Part shown: positions 26,221 through 37,418 of the stretch, one piece after another
Layout of the letters: each line of letters opens with the position of its first letter
Numbering within the stretch: the first letter of the stretch is position 1
Origin: an uncultured Gammaproteobacteria bacterium
GTDB taxonomy: Bacteria > Patescibacteriota > Microgenomatia > Levybacterales > UBA12049
NCBI GenBank assembly: GCA_964503265.1
Contig: CAZCYO010000003.1
Coordinates: 219,575-283,574 of the forward strand
Length of the DNA: 64,000 nucleotides
Reading direction: 5' to 3'
Program-made: the position numbers and the translations under genes
Notes under the pieces: generated by a model
The model's input: the letters and a program-made list of their open reading frames with translations, nothing else
What the model was told of the DNA's origin: nothing
Databases searched by the model: none

Positions 26221-28113
26221 TTATCCTTCAACGATTAAGTAGAGTCTTTTTTGGTTTTTTCCAAGGTTCTCTTGTTTATTAATAGTAACTGATTTGAGTT
26301 TCCCTGTAAATTCGACGTGTGGTCCACCACAGAATTCAATAGAGTATGCATCTGTGTACGCCCTGGAAGTGTCTCCAATAAAGTAAATCTTCGATTTTTC
26401 ACCATAGGTATCCATAAACAGTCCAATTGCTCCCATATCGTAAGCTTCTTTCGTGGGGATAAGTTCGAAGTGAACTGGTAAATTTTCTTTTATTTTCTCA
26501 TTTATCATGGTTTCAACAGTTTTCATCTGCTCATCTGTGAGTCGTTCGTTATAGTTAAAGTCAAACCTGACCCGTTCAGTGGTAATGTTTGAACCTGTTT
26601 GGTGGACTTGTGTCCCGAGAACGTCTCGAAGGGCTTTATGCAGTAAATGCGTCGCTGTATGACCCATGATGGTTCGTTCTGAATGATCAGCGAGTCCACC
26701 TCGAAACTTCTTTTCTCCACCAGCACGCGAGAGATCTTTATGTGCTTTCATTTTTTCTGCAAAGGCCTGGTCATCAAACGTATACCCTAAGCTTTTTATT
26801 TGTGAAGGAGAGAGCCCGTGTGTAGTATAGAGTAGAAATGCATCGTCTGCTGAAATCTCTGTGAGCCCTTTTAGCTCATCTCCTGTTTGTTTATATTGTT
26901 TCTGGATAAACTTCTTTGCTTTTTCTCGAGTTTGGAAATAACTATCAGTTTCTTCGAGGATTGTTCCCTTGATTGCTTCAAAGTTCGTCACGAGATCTTC
27001 ATCGGTTTCTTTGTATTGATCGACGATAGATACGAGTATCGGCTCGATGTGGGCCGCTTCAAGCGTGTAGAAACTATCAAGTGCTCGTCTAATAGAACGA
27101 CGAAGAATATACCCCTGTTCAGTATTAGCAGGAGATACTCCAGCATTACTAATAAATACAGCGGCGATTAAATGACCTACAATCATTCTCATATCGACTG
27201 CGTGATCCTCGTACATCTTATGTGTTTCTCTTTGGATGGTTTCTATAATGGGGAAAAAGAGATTTGTTTTGAACATGTCTGGATTGTTATGGCAAGCTGC
27301 TAAATAGCGCTCCAATCCTGCTCCGAAATCGACATTTTGTTTTGGGAGGGGAGTAAATGTTCCATCAGCATTTTTTATGTACTGCATGAAAACTGAGTTG
27401 CCAATTTCCATAAATCGTCCACAGTCACAGTTGGGATGACAGTGTTTGCCATATTTGGGGTCATGCTCTGTGCCAAAATCGTAAAATACTTCGGTATCTG
27501 GTCCACCTGGTTCACCAGCTGGCATATTTTCAGGAGCACCTGCTCGTGACCACCAGTTTTTCTTCGCATCATAGTAAAAGATTTTCCCCTCATTCATTCC
27601 TTTTTCAGCTGCATCTGCTTCTGAACCCATCTCGACTTCTTTCGTGTTTAAATGATGTTTCTTAAATAACTCTTTCCAGATTCCAGCTGAGACTGTATCT
27701 TTGGGAAGGTTATTTTCAACGTCTCCGATAAAGACTGTCACGTAAATGTTACTCCCATCAAGTCCAAGTCCTACGTGCTTGTCAGTTAGAAACTCAAAGA
27801 ACCACGGAATCTGCTCTTCTTTAAAATAGTCCCCAAGACTCCAATTCCCAAGCATTCTGAAAAATGTCGTATGTCGATTATCTCCAATCTCATCAAAATC
27901 CTGTGCACGAAAAGAATTCTGTACGTTAACAAGTCTTGTACCACTCGGATGTACTTCACCCAGAAGATAGGGGACAAGTGGTTGCATACCAGAACTAGTG
28001 AAGAGAGTAGTCGGATCGTTTTGTGGAACAAGGGGAGAATTCGCGATTCGTTTGTGTCCGCGCTGTTCAAAGAAGGATATATATCTGTGTATGATCTCTG
28101 AAGCTGTTAACAT
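26221..28113 (-). CDS. alaS: Alanyl-tRNA synthetase, truncated form (catalytic, tRNA-recognition and editing domains; no C-terminal C-Ala module)
   Basis: FTSSGMQPLVPYLLG, RHTTFFRMLGNWSLGDYFK, editing HTATHLLHKAL...CGGPHV; 630 aa versus ~870 canonical. Confidence 0.9.
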   Translation of the reverse strand: MLTASEIIHRYISFFEQRGHKRIANSPLVPQNDPTTLFTSSGMQPLVPYLLGEVHPSGTRLVNVQNSFRAQDFDEIGDNRHTTFFRMLGNWSLGDYFKEEQIPWFFEFLTDKHVGLGLDGSNIYVTVFIGDVENNLPKDTVSAGIWKELFKKHHLNTKEVEMGSEADAAEKGMNEGKIFYYDAKKNWWSRAGAPENMPAGEPGGPDTEVFYDFGTEHDPKYGKHCHPNCDCGRFMEIGNSVFMQYIKNADGTFTPLPKQNVDFGAGLERYLAACHNNPDMFKTNLFFPIIETIQRETHKMYEDHAVDMRMIVGHLIAAVFISNAGVSPANTEQGYILRRSIRRALDSFYTLEAAHIEPILVSIVDQYKETDEDLVTNFEAIKGTILEETDSYFQTREKAKKFIQKQYKQTGDELKGLTEISADDAFLLYTTHGLSPSQIKSLGYTFDDQAFAEKMKAHKDLSRAGGEKKFRGGLADHSERTIMGHTATHLLHKALRDVLGTQVHQTGSNITTERVRFDFNYNERLTDEQMKTVETMINEKIKENLPVHFELIPTKEAYDMGAIGLFMDTYGEKSKIYFIGDTSRAYTDAYSIEFCGGPHVEFTGKLKSVTINKQENLGKNQKRLYLIVEG

Positions 28114-28235
28114 TATCGTATTATAGCATGGCTGTTAGGTGGTTGCAGTGTTTCAAATTGGCATAGTTTTAGAAAAATACATATTTTCTTTTTATCATTG
28201 TAGCTTTGAAACTCTGTTACTTCCTCTGTTACCTC

Positions 28236-28265
28236 TTGACATGTCTATTTATTATATGGTATACA
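28236..28265 (+). promoter_or_regulatory. Candidate sigma70 promoter of rpoBC
   Basis: TTGACA at 28236-28241; TG-extended TATACA at about 28257-28265. Confidence 0.4.
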
Positions 28266-28365
28266 TATTTTTACTCTAAATTTTTTAGGTACAATGCTCA
28301 GGAGACTTGTCTTCCTGACTTATTTGTGTTTAATAGGGTATCTGCTCAATATACTAGTCTTTCAC

Positions 28366-31300
28366 ATGCCAAAGCAATCTAATACAACTTCAAACAACGA
28401 AAATATTACACGCTATAACTGGGGAAAAGTGTATGATACACTACCAACCCTAGATTTATTAGCAACCCAAAAAGCATCTTATGAATGGTTTCAAAAAGAA
28501 GCTATTGGGGAAATCCTCAAAGAGATCTCTCCTATTGAAGACTTTACAGGTAAAAACTGGAGTCTAGAACTAAAAAATTATAGAATAGGCGAGCCAACCA
28601 TTACTCCAGAACTCGCACTTGTTAAAGGACTTACCTACGATGCTCCTCTTTACGTAAAAGCAACACTCATTAATAAAAAGACTAACGGTTCTCAAGATGC
28701 TGAAGTTTTTCTTGGTGATATTCCACAAATGACTACTCGTGGAACGTTTATTGTAAATGGTATTGAACGTGCTGTTGTTAATCAGCTTGTTCGCTCTCCT
28801 GGTGTGTTCTTTACCGCTCTCCAAGATCCAGCTACAGGAAAAGCACTTTATACTGCTGAAATTCGACCAGTTCACGGTTCATGGCTTGAATTCTCAACAA
28901 CTCGTTATGGAACAATTACAGTTAAAATTGATCGACGACGAAAATTCTTAGCGACTACGTTCCTTAGAGCAATTGGAGTTTCAGCAAACGAAACAATTAA
29001 AGAAAGATTTGGTGAAATTGAAGCAAATAGCCCAGATTCTTTCATTGAAAATACCCTTACAAAAGACGAAACAGGTTCTGAAACAGAAGCTGTTATCGAA
29101 ATTTTCAAGAAAATGCATCCTGGTGAACCAGTTGTTCTCGATAAAGTAAAAGAAAGCTTTAATAATCTCTTCTTTAACAACCGCCGATATGATTTAGGTG
29201 AAGTTGGACGATATAAAATGAACAAAAAACTAAAAGCTGTACCTGGATTTAATGCTACAGAAGAAAGAATTTTAGCAGTAGATGATATTATTGCAGCAAT
29301 TAGTTACCTCATGATGCTTCACCAAGGACGTGGTCAAGTAGATGATATCGATAGTTTAGCTAATCGACGTGTTCGAAGTGTTGGAGAGCTTGTTGCTACT
29401 AACGCATTTAGAATCGGAATTCTTCGTATTGAGCGTTCAGTTAAAGAAAGAATGAGTCTCATTCAACCAGAAACTCCAGTGGCTGTGGCAAGTCTTATTA
29501 ATGCTCGTCCAATTATGGCATCTATTAATGAATTCTTTAGAACCTCACAGCTTTCAACAATCCTCGATCAAACAAATCCACTTTCAGAAATTGATAATTT
29601 AAACCGTTTAACCGTTATGGGAACCGGTGGTATTTCTAGAGAGCGTGCAGCTTTCTCTATCCGAGACATTAACAGTTCACAGTATGGAAGAATTGATCCT
29701 ATTAGAAGTCCTGAAGGACCAAATATTGGACTGGTAACCTATATGGCTCTTTTCGCACGAGTCAACAACTTTGGATTCCTTGAAACTCCATATAGAAAAG
29801 TTGTTAAAGAAACAAAAAATGGTAAAACAGTCATGAGAATTACGACAGAAATGGTATATATGGCAGCAGATGACGAAATTGATCACTATATTACCCATGC
29901 AAGTATTGGTATTTCTGAAGATGGAATTATTACAGATGAGCGTGTTCCAGCACGACATAACGGAGACTTCTTAGAAGTTGACGCTGAACTTATCGATTAT
30001 ATTGACGTAATTCCACGACAGGTTGTCGGAACTTCTGCGTCTCTTATTCCATTCGTTGCTCATGACGAAGCTATTCGTTCACTGATGGGATCTCACATGC
30101 AATGCCAAGCTGTTCCACTTGTCCGCCCAGATAGTCCAACAGTTGGAACTGGTATGGAAGGTGTTATTTCAGAAGTCATGGGAAGAGTTGTAAAAGCTCC
30201 TTTTGATGCAAAAGTAAGTTTCTCAGATGCGACAAAAGTTAGCCTTGATGGCATGAAAGGTGAAAAAGCAACCTTCGGTATCAACGCATTCCACAGAACA
30301 TCAAATGCAACCTCATATACTCAGCGTTCAGTAGTTAAAGGTGGACAGATTGTTAAAAAAGGCGATATTTTAATCGACGGACCAGCTTCACAAAATGGAG
30401 AATTAGCACTTGGACAAAACCTTCTAATCGCATACATGTCACTTGATGGACTTGGGTATGAAGATGCTATCGTAGTTTCTGAAAGACTCGTTAAAGAAGA
30501 TGCGCTTTCTTCAATTCATATCGAAAAACATGAAGTTTCTGTCGTTGAAACAAAACTCGGTCCTGAAGAAACAACTCGAGATATTCCAAATGTTGGTGAA
30601 GACGAACTTATGATGCTTGATGAAGAAGGAATTGTCGTCGTTGGATCAGAAGTAGGTCCTGGAGATATTCTGGTTGGTAAAATTGCTCCAAAAGGTGAAA
30701 CAGAATTAACAGCTGAAGAAAGACTGCTTCGCGCAATTTTCGGTGAGCAAGCACGAGAAGTTCGAGATACATCACTTAGAATCCCACATGGTGAGCGTGG
30801 AACAGTTATTAGTGTTCAGATCCTTGATCGAAAGAGTGGGGATGAGCTCGAACCAGGTGCAATTCGAAAGATTATCGTTGAAGTAGCACAGTTTAGACAC
30901 GTTGTTGTGGGAGACAAATTAGCTGGACGACACGGAAACAAAGGTATTATTTCAAAAATTCTTCCAGCAGCAGATATGCCATACCTCGCTGATGGAACAC
31001 CTGTTGATATTATTATGTCTCCGATGTCTATTCTTGCTCGTATGAACTTGGGACAGATTTTAGAATGTCACTTGGGTATTGCTGCAAAGACACTTGGCAT
31101 GAAGATTGGTGTTCCAGTATTTGAAAATGTATCAGAAGCACGAATTATTGAACTATTAGAGCAAGCAGGCCTTCCAACGAATGGAAAAGTTGTTCTTCAT
31201 GATGGAAAAACTGGAGAAGCGTTTGATAACGAAGTTGTAGTTGGAATTGAATATATTATGAAGCTGATCCACATGGTTGAAGATAAAACTCATGCTCGAA

Positions 31301-31782
31301 GTACTGGGCCATACTCACTTGTAACTCAACAACCACTCGGAGGAAAAGCACAAATGGGAGGTCAAAGACTTGGAGAGATGGAAGTGTGGGCACTTGAAGC
31401 ACATCGAGCACGCCATATTTTACAGGAAATGTTAACAATTAAAGCTGATGATGTTGTCGGACGTGCGAAAGCATTTGAAGCTATCGTAAAGGGGACAGAT
31501 ATCCCAACACCTAAAGTTCCAGAGTCATTTAAAGTTCTTATTAAAGAATTACAATCACTTGGACTCAATGTTGTGCCTGTTGGTGCAACAGTGTATAATG
31601 AGGTCTCCGAACCAATTGCCGATTTAGTTGCTGAAGAAGGTGTGAAAGATGTTGCAAAAGAAATGCAGGAAACACTTGACGCAGAAGCTGTTCCAGAAGA
31701 AACACCAGAAGAAGAAACTGTTGAGCCAGCAGATGACATTGAAGAACCAATGATTGATCCTGTAGAAAGCGTACAAGAATAA
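28366..31782 (+). CDS. rpoB: DNA-directed RNA polymerase subunit beta
   Basis: Full-length beta signature regions; the track's start (28294) trimmed to ATG MPKQSN at 28366. Confidence 0.95.
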   Translation: MPKQSNTTSNNENITRYNWGKVYDTLPTLDLLATQKASYEWFQKEAIGEILKEISPIEDFTGKNWSLELKNYRIGEPTITPELALVKGLTYDAPLYVKATLINKKTNGSQDAEVFLGDIPQMTTRGTFIVNGIERAVVNQLVRSPGVFFTALQDPATGKALYTAEIRPVHGSWLEFSTTRYGTITVKIDRRRKFLATTFLRAIGVSANETIKERFGEIEANSPDSFIENTLTKDETGSETEAVIEIFKKMHPGEPVVLDKVKESFNNLFFNNRRYDLGEVGRYKMNKKLKAVPGFNATEERILAVDDIIAAISYLMMLHQGRGQVDDIDSLANRRVRSVGELVATNAFRIGILRIERSVKERMSLIQPETPVAVASLINARPIMASINEFFRTSQLSTILDQTNPLSEIDNLNRLTVMGTGGISRERAAFSIRDINSSQYGRIDPIRSPEGPNIGLVTYMALFARVNNFGFLETPYRKVVKETKNGKTVMRITTEMVYMAADDEIDHYITHASIGISEDGIITDERVPARHNGDFLEVDAELIDYIDVIPRQVVGTSASLIPFVAHDEAIRSLMGSHMQCQAVPLVRPDSPTVGTGMEGVISEVMGRVVKAPFDAKVSFSDATKVSLDGMKGEKATFGINAFHRTSNATSYTQRSVVKGGQIVKKGDILIDGPASQNGELALGQNLLIAYMSLDGLGYEDAIVVSERLVKEDALSSIHIEKHEVSVVETKLGPEETTRDIPNVGEDELMMLDEEGIVVVGSEVGPGDILVGKIAPKGETELTAEERLLRAIFGEQAREVRDTSLRIPHGERGTVISVQILDRKSGDELEPGAIRKIIVEVAQFRHVVVGDKLAGRHGNKGIISKILPAADMPYLADGTPVDIIMSPMSILARMNLGQILECHLGIAAKTLGMKIGVPVFENVSEARIIELLEQAGLPTNGKVVLHDGKTGEAFDNEVVVGIEYIMKLIHMVEDKTHARSTGPYSLVTQQPLGGKAQMGGQRLGEMEVWALEAHRARHILQEMLTIKADDVVGRAKAFEAIVKGTDIPTPKVPESFKVLIKELQSLGLNVVPVGATVYNEVSEPIADLVAEEGVKDVAKEMQETLDAEAVPEETPEEETVEPADDIEEPMIDPVESVQE

Positions 31783-31784
31783 TT

Positions 31785-34700
31785 ATGAATAACGGAAATC
31801 AAGACAATAAAAAACAGCTAAAAGATCCAACAATTCTCGATTTTACTTCTCTTAAAGTACTCGTTGCAAGTAAAGATGATATTCTTTCATGGTCTTATGG
31901 TGAAGTTACCAAGCCAGAAACTATCAACTATCGAACTCTCCGACCTGAAAAAGATGGACTTTTTGATGAGAGAATTTTTGGTCCTACAAAAGACTGGGAA
32001 TGTTATTGTGGAAAATATAAAAGAATTCGTTATCGAGGTATTATTTGTGACAAATGTGGCGTTGAAGTAACACTATCTCGTGTTCGACGAGAAAGAATTG
32101 GTCATATAACTCTTTCTTCACCTGTAGCGCATGTATGGTTTTTTAAAGGATCTTCAAGTCCACTTTCGTTACTGTTAGATATTCCACAGAAAAATCTTGA
32201 ATCTGTTATTTATTATGCTTCATATATCGTCACTGAAGTTGATGAAGAAAAGAAAAAAGAAGCACTTGATTTGCTTGCAGACACAATCGAAAAGCGAAAA
32301 GTTGGCCTAAAGGAGAAAATGGCTAACGAAGAAGCTCGATTAACAAATGAAGTTGAAACGAAGAAAAACGACGCAGAAGCTACAAAAGTAAGTGTTGAAC
32401 AGAAACAGCTTATTAGTCAAGAATTAGATTTAGGATTACGTCAAAAACTTGCCCGTCTTACAGACACATTTGAGAGTGAATCAAAGAAACTTGATGAAAT
32501 TGCAGATACCCTTGCTAAACTTCTTAGAAGTCTTAAAGTTTCAAGTGTTCTTTCTGAAGATGAATACTTTAAAATTCTTGAATACGATATACCAGTCTTT
32601 TTCACAATCAAGACAGGTTCTGAAGCGCTACTTGAACTTATCAAACATATCGATTTGTCAGAGCTGATTGCATTTCTCCGACAAGAACAAGATAAAGTTT
32701 CAGGTGCGAGATATCTTAAAGTAGTAAAGCGTCTTCGATTAATCGAAAATATGCGACGTGCAGGTGTTAAACCTGAAGCGATGATTACAACACAACTTCC
32801 AGTTATCCCACCAGATCTTCGACCTATGGTACAACTCGCTGGTGGAAGATTTGCAACATCTGATTTGAACGATCTTTATCGACGTGTTATCAATCGTAAT
32901 AATCGTCTTTCTCACTTAATTTCTCTTGGTGCACCTGAAATTATTTTGCGAAATGAGAAAAGAATGCTTCAAGAATCAGTGGATGCACTTATCGATTCAA
33001 GTCAGAGAAGCGGGCAAGTCGTTGCGTCTCCTCTGCGATCACTTTCAGATATGCTTCGAGGAAAACAGGGACGATTTAGACAGAATCTTCTTGGAAAGCG
33101 CGTAGATTATTCAGGACGATCAGTTATCGTTGTTGGACCTGAACTTAAACTTACTCAGTGTGGACTTCCAAAAGAAATGGCACTTGAAATGTTCAAGCCA
33201 TTTGTTCTTAGAGAAATCATTGTTCGAGGACTTGCGACAAATATTAAATCTGCAAAGAGATATATTGAAAAAAGACCACCAGAAGTATTTGATATCTTAG
33301 AGGAAATCACAAGAAATCATCCAGTTCTTCTTAACCGCGCTCCTACCCTTCATAAATTAGGTATGCAGGCATTCTATCCTGTATTAATTGAAGGATCTGC
33401 AATCCAACTTCATCCTTGTGTTTGTACTGGATATAATGCTGACTTTGACGGTGACCAGATGGCTGTTCACATTCCATTATCTGAAAAAGCACAACAAGAA
33501 GCTATTGATCTGATGATGCCTTCACGAAATCTCTTAAAACCTGCTGATGGTGCACCAATCACGCTTCCAAACAAAGAAATGGCGCTTGGAGTATTCTACT
33601 TAACACAACTTGATGAGAGAACTCGAAGAACAGAAGAAGAAATTCAATATTTTGTTAATGCACAAGAAGCTATGCTTGCGTATGACCTTGGAACAGTTAA
33701 TCTTAAAGAACCTATTATGGTTCGAGTTAGTATTAACGGTACGATTGAGACAATTGAAACATGTGTTGGACGGCTTATGTTTAATGAAGTTCTCCCATCA
33801 CAATTTGGGTATATTAATGAAGCACTTTCAGCATCAGGAATTAAAAAACTTATTACTAAAGCAATGAAAATTTGTGACCAGGATACTGTCGCAGAAATGA
33901 TTGATAGTATTAAACACCTCGGATTTAAAGGCGCTACAGTATCAGGACTTTCTGTATCTGCATTTGACAATAAAATTATTGAAGGTAAAAAAGAAATTAT
34001 TGATGAAGCAGAAGTTAAAGTTGCAACAATTGATGAAGAATATCAGCAAGGACTTATCACTCTTGATGAAAGAAAAAGACTTTCAAATGAAGTCTGGATG
34101 AAATACACAGAAATTATTGCAGACAAAACATGGAAAATCATTGATCCACAAAACCCAATTCGTATTTGTATTGATTCAGGAGGATCACGTGCAGGTATTG
34201 AGCAAATGAAACAGCTTTCAGCTATGCGAGGACTTATCGTTGATCCGCTTGGTCGTATCGTTGAACTTCCAGTTAAATCAAATTTCCGTGAAGGTCTTTC
34301 AATCTTTGAATATGTTGCGTCAGCTCGAGGTTCTCGAAAAGGGTTAACCGACTCAGCTCTTAAGACTGCAAATGCAGGATATTTGACTCGAAGACTCGTT
34401 GACGTTTCACATGATGTTATTATCATGGAAGAAGATTGTGGAGATACAGTTGGTATTACCTTTACTTCTGAAGATAAAGATAGAACTGTTGCATTCCAGG
34501 ACCGAATTCTTGGACGTTTCTTAGCTGAAGATGCAGTTACTAAGCGTGGAAAAGTAGTTCTTGAAAAGGGAACAGAGATTGACGAAGATAATGCACAATT
34601 AATCGTTGAATCAGGTATCGAAGAACTTACAGTTCGTTCACCATTTACTTGTAGATTAGCTTACGGAATGTGCCAACACTGCTATGGTTGGGACTTTAGT

Positions 34701-35573
34701 ACAAAGAAATTAGTTGATCTTGGTGTTCCAGTCGGTGTTATCGCAGCACAAAGTATTGGTGAACCTGGTACTCAGCTTACCATGAAAGTAAAACATTTTG
34801 GAGGAATCGTTATGTCAGACGTTACTCAGGGTCTTCCACGTATCGAAGAACTCTTCGAAATGCGAACACCTAAGAACTTAGCGCCTGTTTCTGAGCTTAC
34901 TGGTAAAGTTAAAATTGAAACAAATCCTGATGGTTACCTCGTTAAAGTACGAAATGCTAGAATTAAACCAGTTGAAGAGCAAGAATACTTCGTACCACTT
35001 TCTGCAACACTTGCTGTTGAAGATGGACAGGAAATCACTGCTGGTACGCCACTTGCTGAAGGATATCTTGATCCAAAGGAAGTACTCAAAATCGGAGGTC
35101 TTCTCCAAGCACAGAAATATGTCTTAACTGAAGCACAAAAAGTATACGAATCTCAGGGAATTGGTATTAATGATCGTCACTTTGAAGTTGTTCTTCGAAA
35201 GATGTCTGATAAAGTTATGGTTGAGACTGTTGGAGATTCAGCACTCATTCCTGGTGATTTTATCACAAAAGCACGATTTGAAGAAATTAACGGTGAAATT
35301 TTATCCGAAGGTGGAGAACCAGCAACAGGTCGACAGATTGTGCTTGGTATTACGAAAGCTGCACTTTTCTCTGATTCATGGTTATCAGCAGCATCATTCC
35401 AGAATACGACCACAGTGCTAACTGAAGCAGCACTTGAAGGACGAGAAGATCATCTTATCGGACTTAAGGAAAACGTTATTATCGGAAGACTGATTCCTGT
35501 TGAAGGAAAACCTACAGCTGCCCCAGTAGTTGTTGAAGAAGTAGAAGTAGCGCCTATTGAAGCTACAGTATAA
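31785..35573 (+). CDS. rpoC: DNA-directed RNA polymerase subunit beta'
   Basis: NADFDGD catalytic motif and zinc-binding cysteines; 1262 aa. Confidence 0.96.
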   Translation: MNNGNQDNKKQLKDPTILDFTSLKVLVASKDDILSWSYGEVTKPETINYRTLRPEKDGLFDERIFGPTKDWECYCGKYKRIRYRGIICDKCGVEVTLSRVRRERIGHITLSSPVAHVWFFKGSSSPLSLLLDIPQKNLESVIYYASYIVTEVDEEKKKEALDLLADTIEKRKVGLKEKMANEEARLTNEVETKKNDAEATKVSVEQKQLISQELDLGLRQKLARLTDTFESESKKLDEIADTLAKLLRSLKVSSVLSEDEYFKILEYDIPVFFTIKTGSEALLELIKHIDLSELIAFLRQEQDKVSGARYLKVVKRLRLIENMRRAGVKPEAMITTQLPVIPPDLRPMVQLAGGRFATSDLNDLYRRVINRNNRLSHLISLGAPEIILRNEKRMLQESVDALIDSSQRSGQVVASPLRSLSDMLRGKQGRFRQNLLGKRVDYSGRSVIVVGPELKLTQCGLPKEMALEMFKPFVLREIIVRGLATNIKSAKRYIEKRPPEVFDILEEITRNHPVLLNRAPTLHKLGMQAFYPVLIEGSAIQLHPCVCTGYNADFDGDQMAVHIPLSEKAQQEAIDLMMPSRNLLKPADGAPITLPNKEMALGVFYLTQLDERTRRTEEEIQYFVNAQEAMLAYDLGTVNLKEPIMVRVSINGTIETIETCVGRLMFNEVLPSQFGYINEALSASGIKKLITKAMKICDQDTVAEMIDSIKHLGFKGATVSGLSVSAFDNKIIEGKKEIIDEAEVKVATIDEEYQQGLITLDERKRLSNEVWMKYTEIIADKTWKIIDPQNPIRICIDSGGSRAGIEQMKQLSAMRGLIVDPLGRIVELPVKSNFREGLSIFEYVASARGSRKGLTDSALKTANAGYLTRRLVDVSHDVIIMEEDCGDTVGITFTSEDKDRTVAFQDRILGRFLAEDAVTKRGKVVLEKGTEIDEDNAQLIVESGIEELTVRSPFTCRLAYGMCQHCYGWDFSTKKLVDLGVPVGVIAAQSIGEPGTQLTMKVKHFGGIVMSDVTQGLPRIEELFEMRTPKNLAPVSELTGKVKIETNPDGYLVKVRNARIKPVEEQEYFVPLSATLAVEDGQEITAGTPLAEGYLDPKEVLKIGGLLQAQKYVLTEAQKVYESQGIGINDRHFEVVLRKMSDKVMVETVGDSALIPGDFITKARFEEINGEILSEGGEPATGRQIVLGITKAALFSDSWLSAASFQNTTTVLTEAALEGREDHLIGLKENVIIGRLIPVEGKPTAAPVVVEEVEVAPIEATV

Positions 35574-35682
35574 AAACTGTATAATACCGAAACACGAAAT
35601 CAGAAGTTCGAAACAAGGTGAGAATAATAAAAATTCAAAGTAGTTTCGTATTTCGATATTCAGATTTCGAATTTTTGAATAT

Positions 35683-36105
35683 ATGCCGACATTAAACCAA
35701 CTTGCCAAGCATGGCAGACAAAAAAAAGTAAAAAAGACACGTGCTACTGCACTTCGTCGATTATTTAATGCAAAAAAAAGAGAGTACTCTGATTTTATGG
35801 CTCCACAAAAACGTGGTGTAGTGACACTCGTTAAAACGATGACACCAAAAAAGCCTAATTCAGCTCTTCGAAAAGTAGCTCGTGTAAAACTTTCAAATAA
35901 AATGGAAGTTACGGCGTATATTCAAGGAGTTGGACATTCTTTATCAGAACACGGTATCGTTTTAGTTCGTGGAGGACGTGTAAAGGATTTGCCAGGAGTA
36001 AAATATCATTTAGTTCGAGGGAAATTTGATTTAGGTGCAGTTGAGGGAAGAAAATCTTCTCGAAGTATTTATGGAGCTAAATTAGCTCGAGCGAAAGCAG
36101 CATAG
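35683..36105 (+). CDS. rpsL: 30S ribosomal protein S12, with a 12-aa N-terminal insertion
   Basis: [55 protein letters not shown]. Confidence 0.95.
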   Translation: MPTLNQLAKHGRQKKVKKTRATALRRLFNAKKREYSDFMAPQKRGVVTLVKTMTPKKPNSALRKVARVKLSNKMEVTAYIQGVGHSLSEHGIVLVRGGRVKDLPGVKYHLVRGKFDLGAVEGRKSSRSIYGAKLARAKAA

Positions 36106-36118
36106 AAAGGCATAAAGT

Positions 36119-36592
36119 ATGAGACACAAACAAGCAGAAAAAAGAACAATTGATCCAGATAAAATTTATAATAACGTTCTTGTAACGAGATTTATCAATC
36201 GTATGATGATTGATGGTAAGAAAACTATTGCAGAACGAAATTTTTATGATGCATTAAAGTATCTTGAAGCAAAAGAGCAAAATGCAATTGAAACATTTGA
36301 AAAAGCACTTCAGCAGGTCGGTCCTAAAATTGAAGTAAAAGCCCGCCGTGTTGGTGGAGCAAACTATCAAGTTCCACAAGAAGTTCGAGCAGAGAGAAGA
36401 GTTTCACTTGCTATTCGATGGGTAATTGAAGCTGCACGCAAAAGACCAAATAAAGAATTTCATACATTTGCAGAAAAATTAGCACAAGAGCTCCTTGATG
36501 CAAATAATAATCTTGGTGAAGCAATTCGTAAAAAAGATGTTATGCAGAAAAACGCTGACGCTAACAAAGCATTTGCATCTTTCCGCTTCTAA
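36119..36592 (+). CDS. rpsG: 30S ribosomal protein S7
   Basis: RRVGGANYQVPQEVRAERRVSLAIRW; 157 aa. Confidence 0.95.
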   Translation: MRHKQAEKRTIDPDKIYNNVLVTRFINRMMIDGKKTIAERNFYDALKYLEAKEQNAIETFEKALQQVGPKIEVKARRVGGANYQVPQEVRAERRVSLAIRWVIEAARKRPNKEFHTFAEKLAQELLDANNNLGEAIRKKDVMQKNADANKAFASFRF

Positions 36593-36606
36593 ACTCATTG
36601 TTCCCC

Positions 36607-36635
36607 TTGACCTTTTGCTCCCATCGTATTAGTAT
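36607..36635 (+). promoter_or_regulatory. Candidate promoter for the orphan gene downstream of rpsG
   Basis: TTGACC, 17-nt spacer, TAGTAT, then ATG 8 nt later. Confidence 0.4.
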
Positions 36636-36643
36636 TTTTTGTT

Positions 36644-37378
36644 ATGGGGGTAGATCAATTAACTGAAGTTACGCGTCCAGATACTCAAACGATAGAGTTT
36701 AGTAATGGTGATGGTATACCATCACTAGAAGAACTACAAGAATTTCCCATTGAGACACTTCTCACTGATACTCCAGGTTTATCATATGTTCAGAGATTTC
36801 GTACAACTGATGAAAGTGGTAACGCTGTTGACGGGTGGAGAGCGGTGGGTAGTCAGGGAAGGCGCGGAGGTGTTGTACAAGGATCTACTATTCCAGAAGC
36901 TATATTTGAACTACAAACCCGATTTCCATATCATCTGGGGACTGATTATGGAAGAAGAGAAAATGAACCTATTCCTTTAGATCCAAGTAAACGTGTTCTT
37001 CTAGATTTAGTTACATCAACTATGACTCCAGATCAATTACTTGAACAATGTGGCGATACAGTTAACATGATAAAACATAACTGGGAATATCATCAGAATT
37101 GGCGTATTCCAGAAGCTGAAGGAAGATGGTCCATAGAGGCTATTAGCGATTCAGGTAAAACAAGAGCGCTTTTTCAAGGAGATACACTTGCTGATGTATT
37201 AGGAGAGTCATATTTATGGAAATTAGGAATAGAAATACTTGGAAATGATGGAGAGTTTGTCTATTTAAAAGGATTTTACCCGACGCTTGGGCTTCGGCAT
37301 AACGATGGACATAATGGGCTTGAAACAAAAGTACCAATTCCGGTTCATACTGATGTAGATGCATCAGTGGTACAGTGA
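36644..37378 (+). CDS. Hypothetical acidic cytoplasmic protein, no recognisable family
   Basis: 244-aa ORF occupying the position where fusA/tuf usually follow rpsG. Confidence 0.5.
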   Translation: MGVDQLTEVTRPDTQTIEFSNGDGIPSLEELQEFPIETLLTDTPGLSYVQRFRTTDESGNAVDGWRAVGSQGRRGGVVQGSTIPEAIFELQTRFPYHLGTDYGRRENEPIPLDPSKRVLLDLVTSTMTPDQLLEQCGDTVNMIKHNWEYHQNWRIPEAEGRWSIEAISDSGKTRALFQGDTLADVLGESYLWKLGIEILGNDGEFVYLKGFYPTLGLRHNDGHNGLETKVPIPVHTDVDASVVQ

Positions 37379-37418
37379 GTTAGGAGAAGTTGTGAATTTC
37401 ATGTAAAATAACATATAT

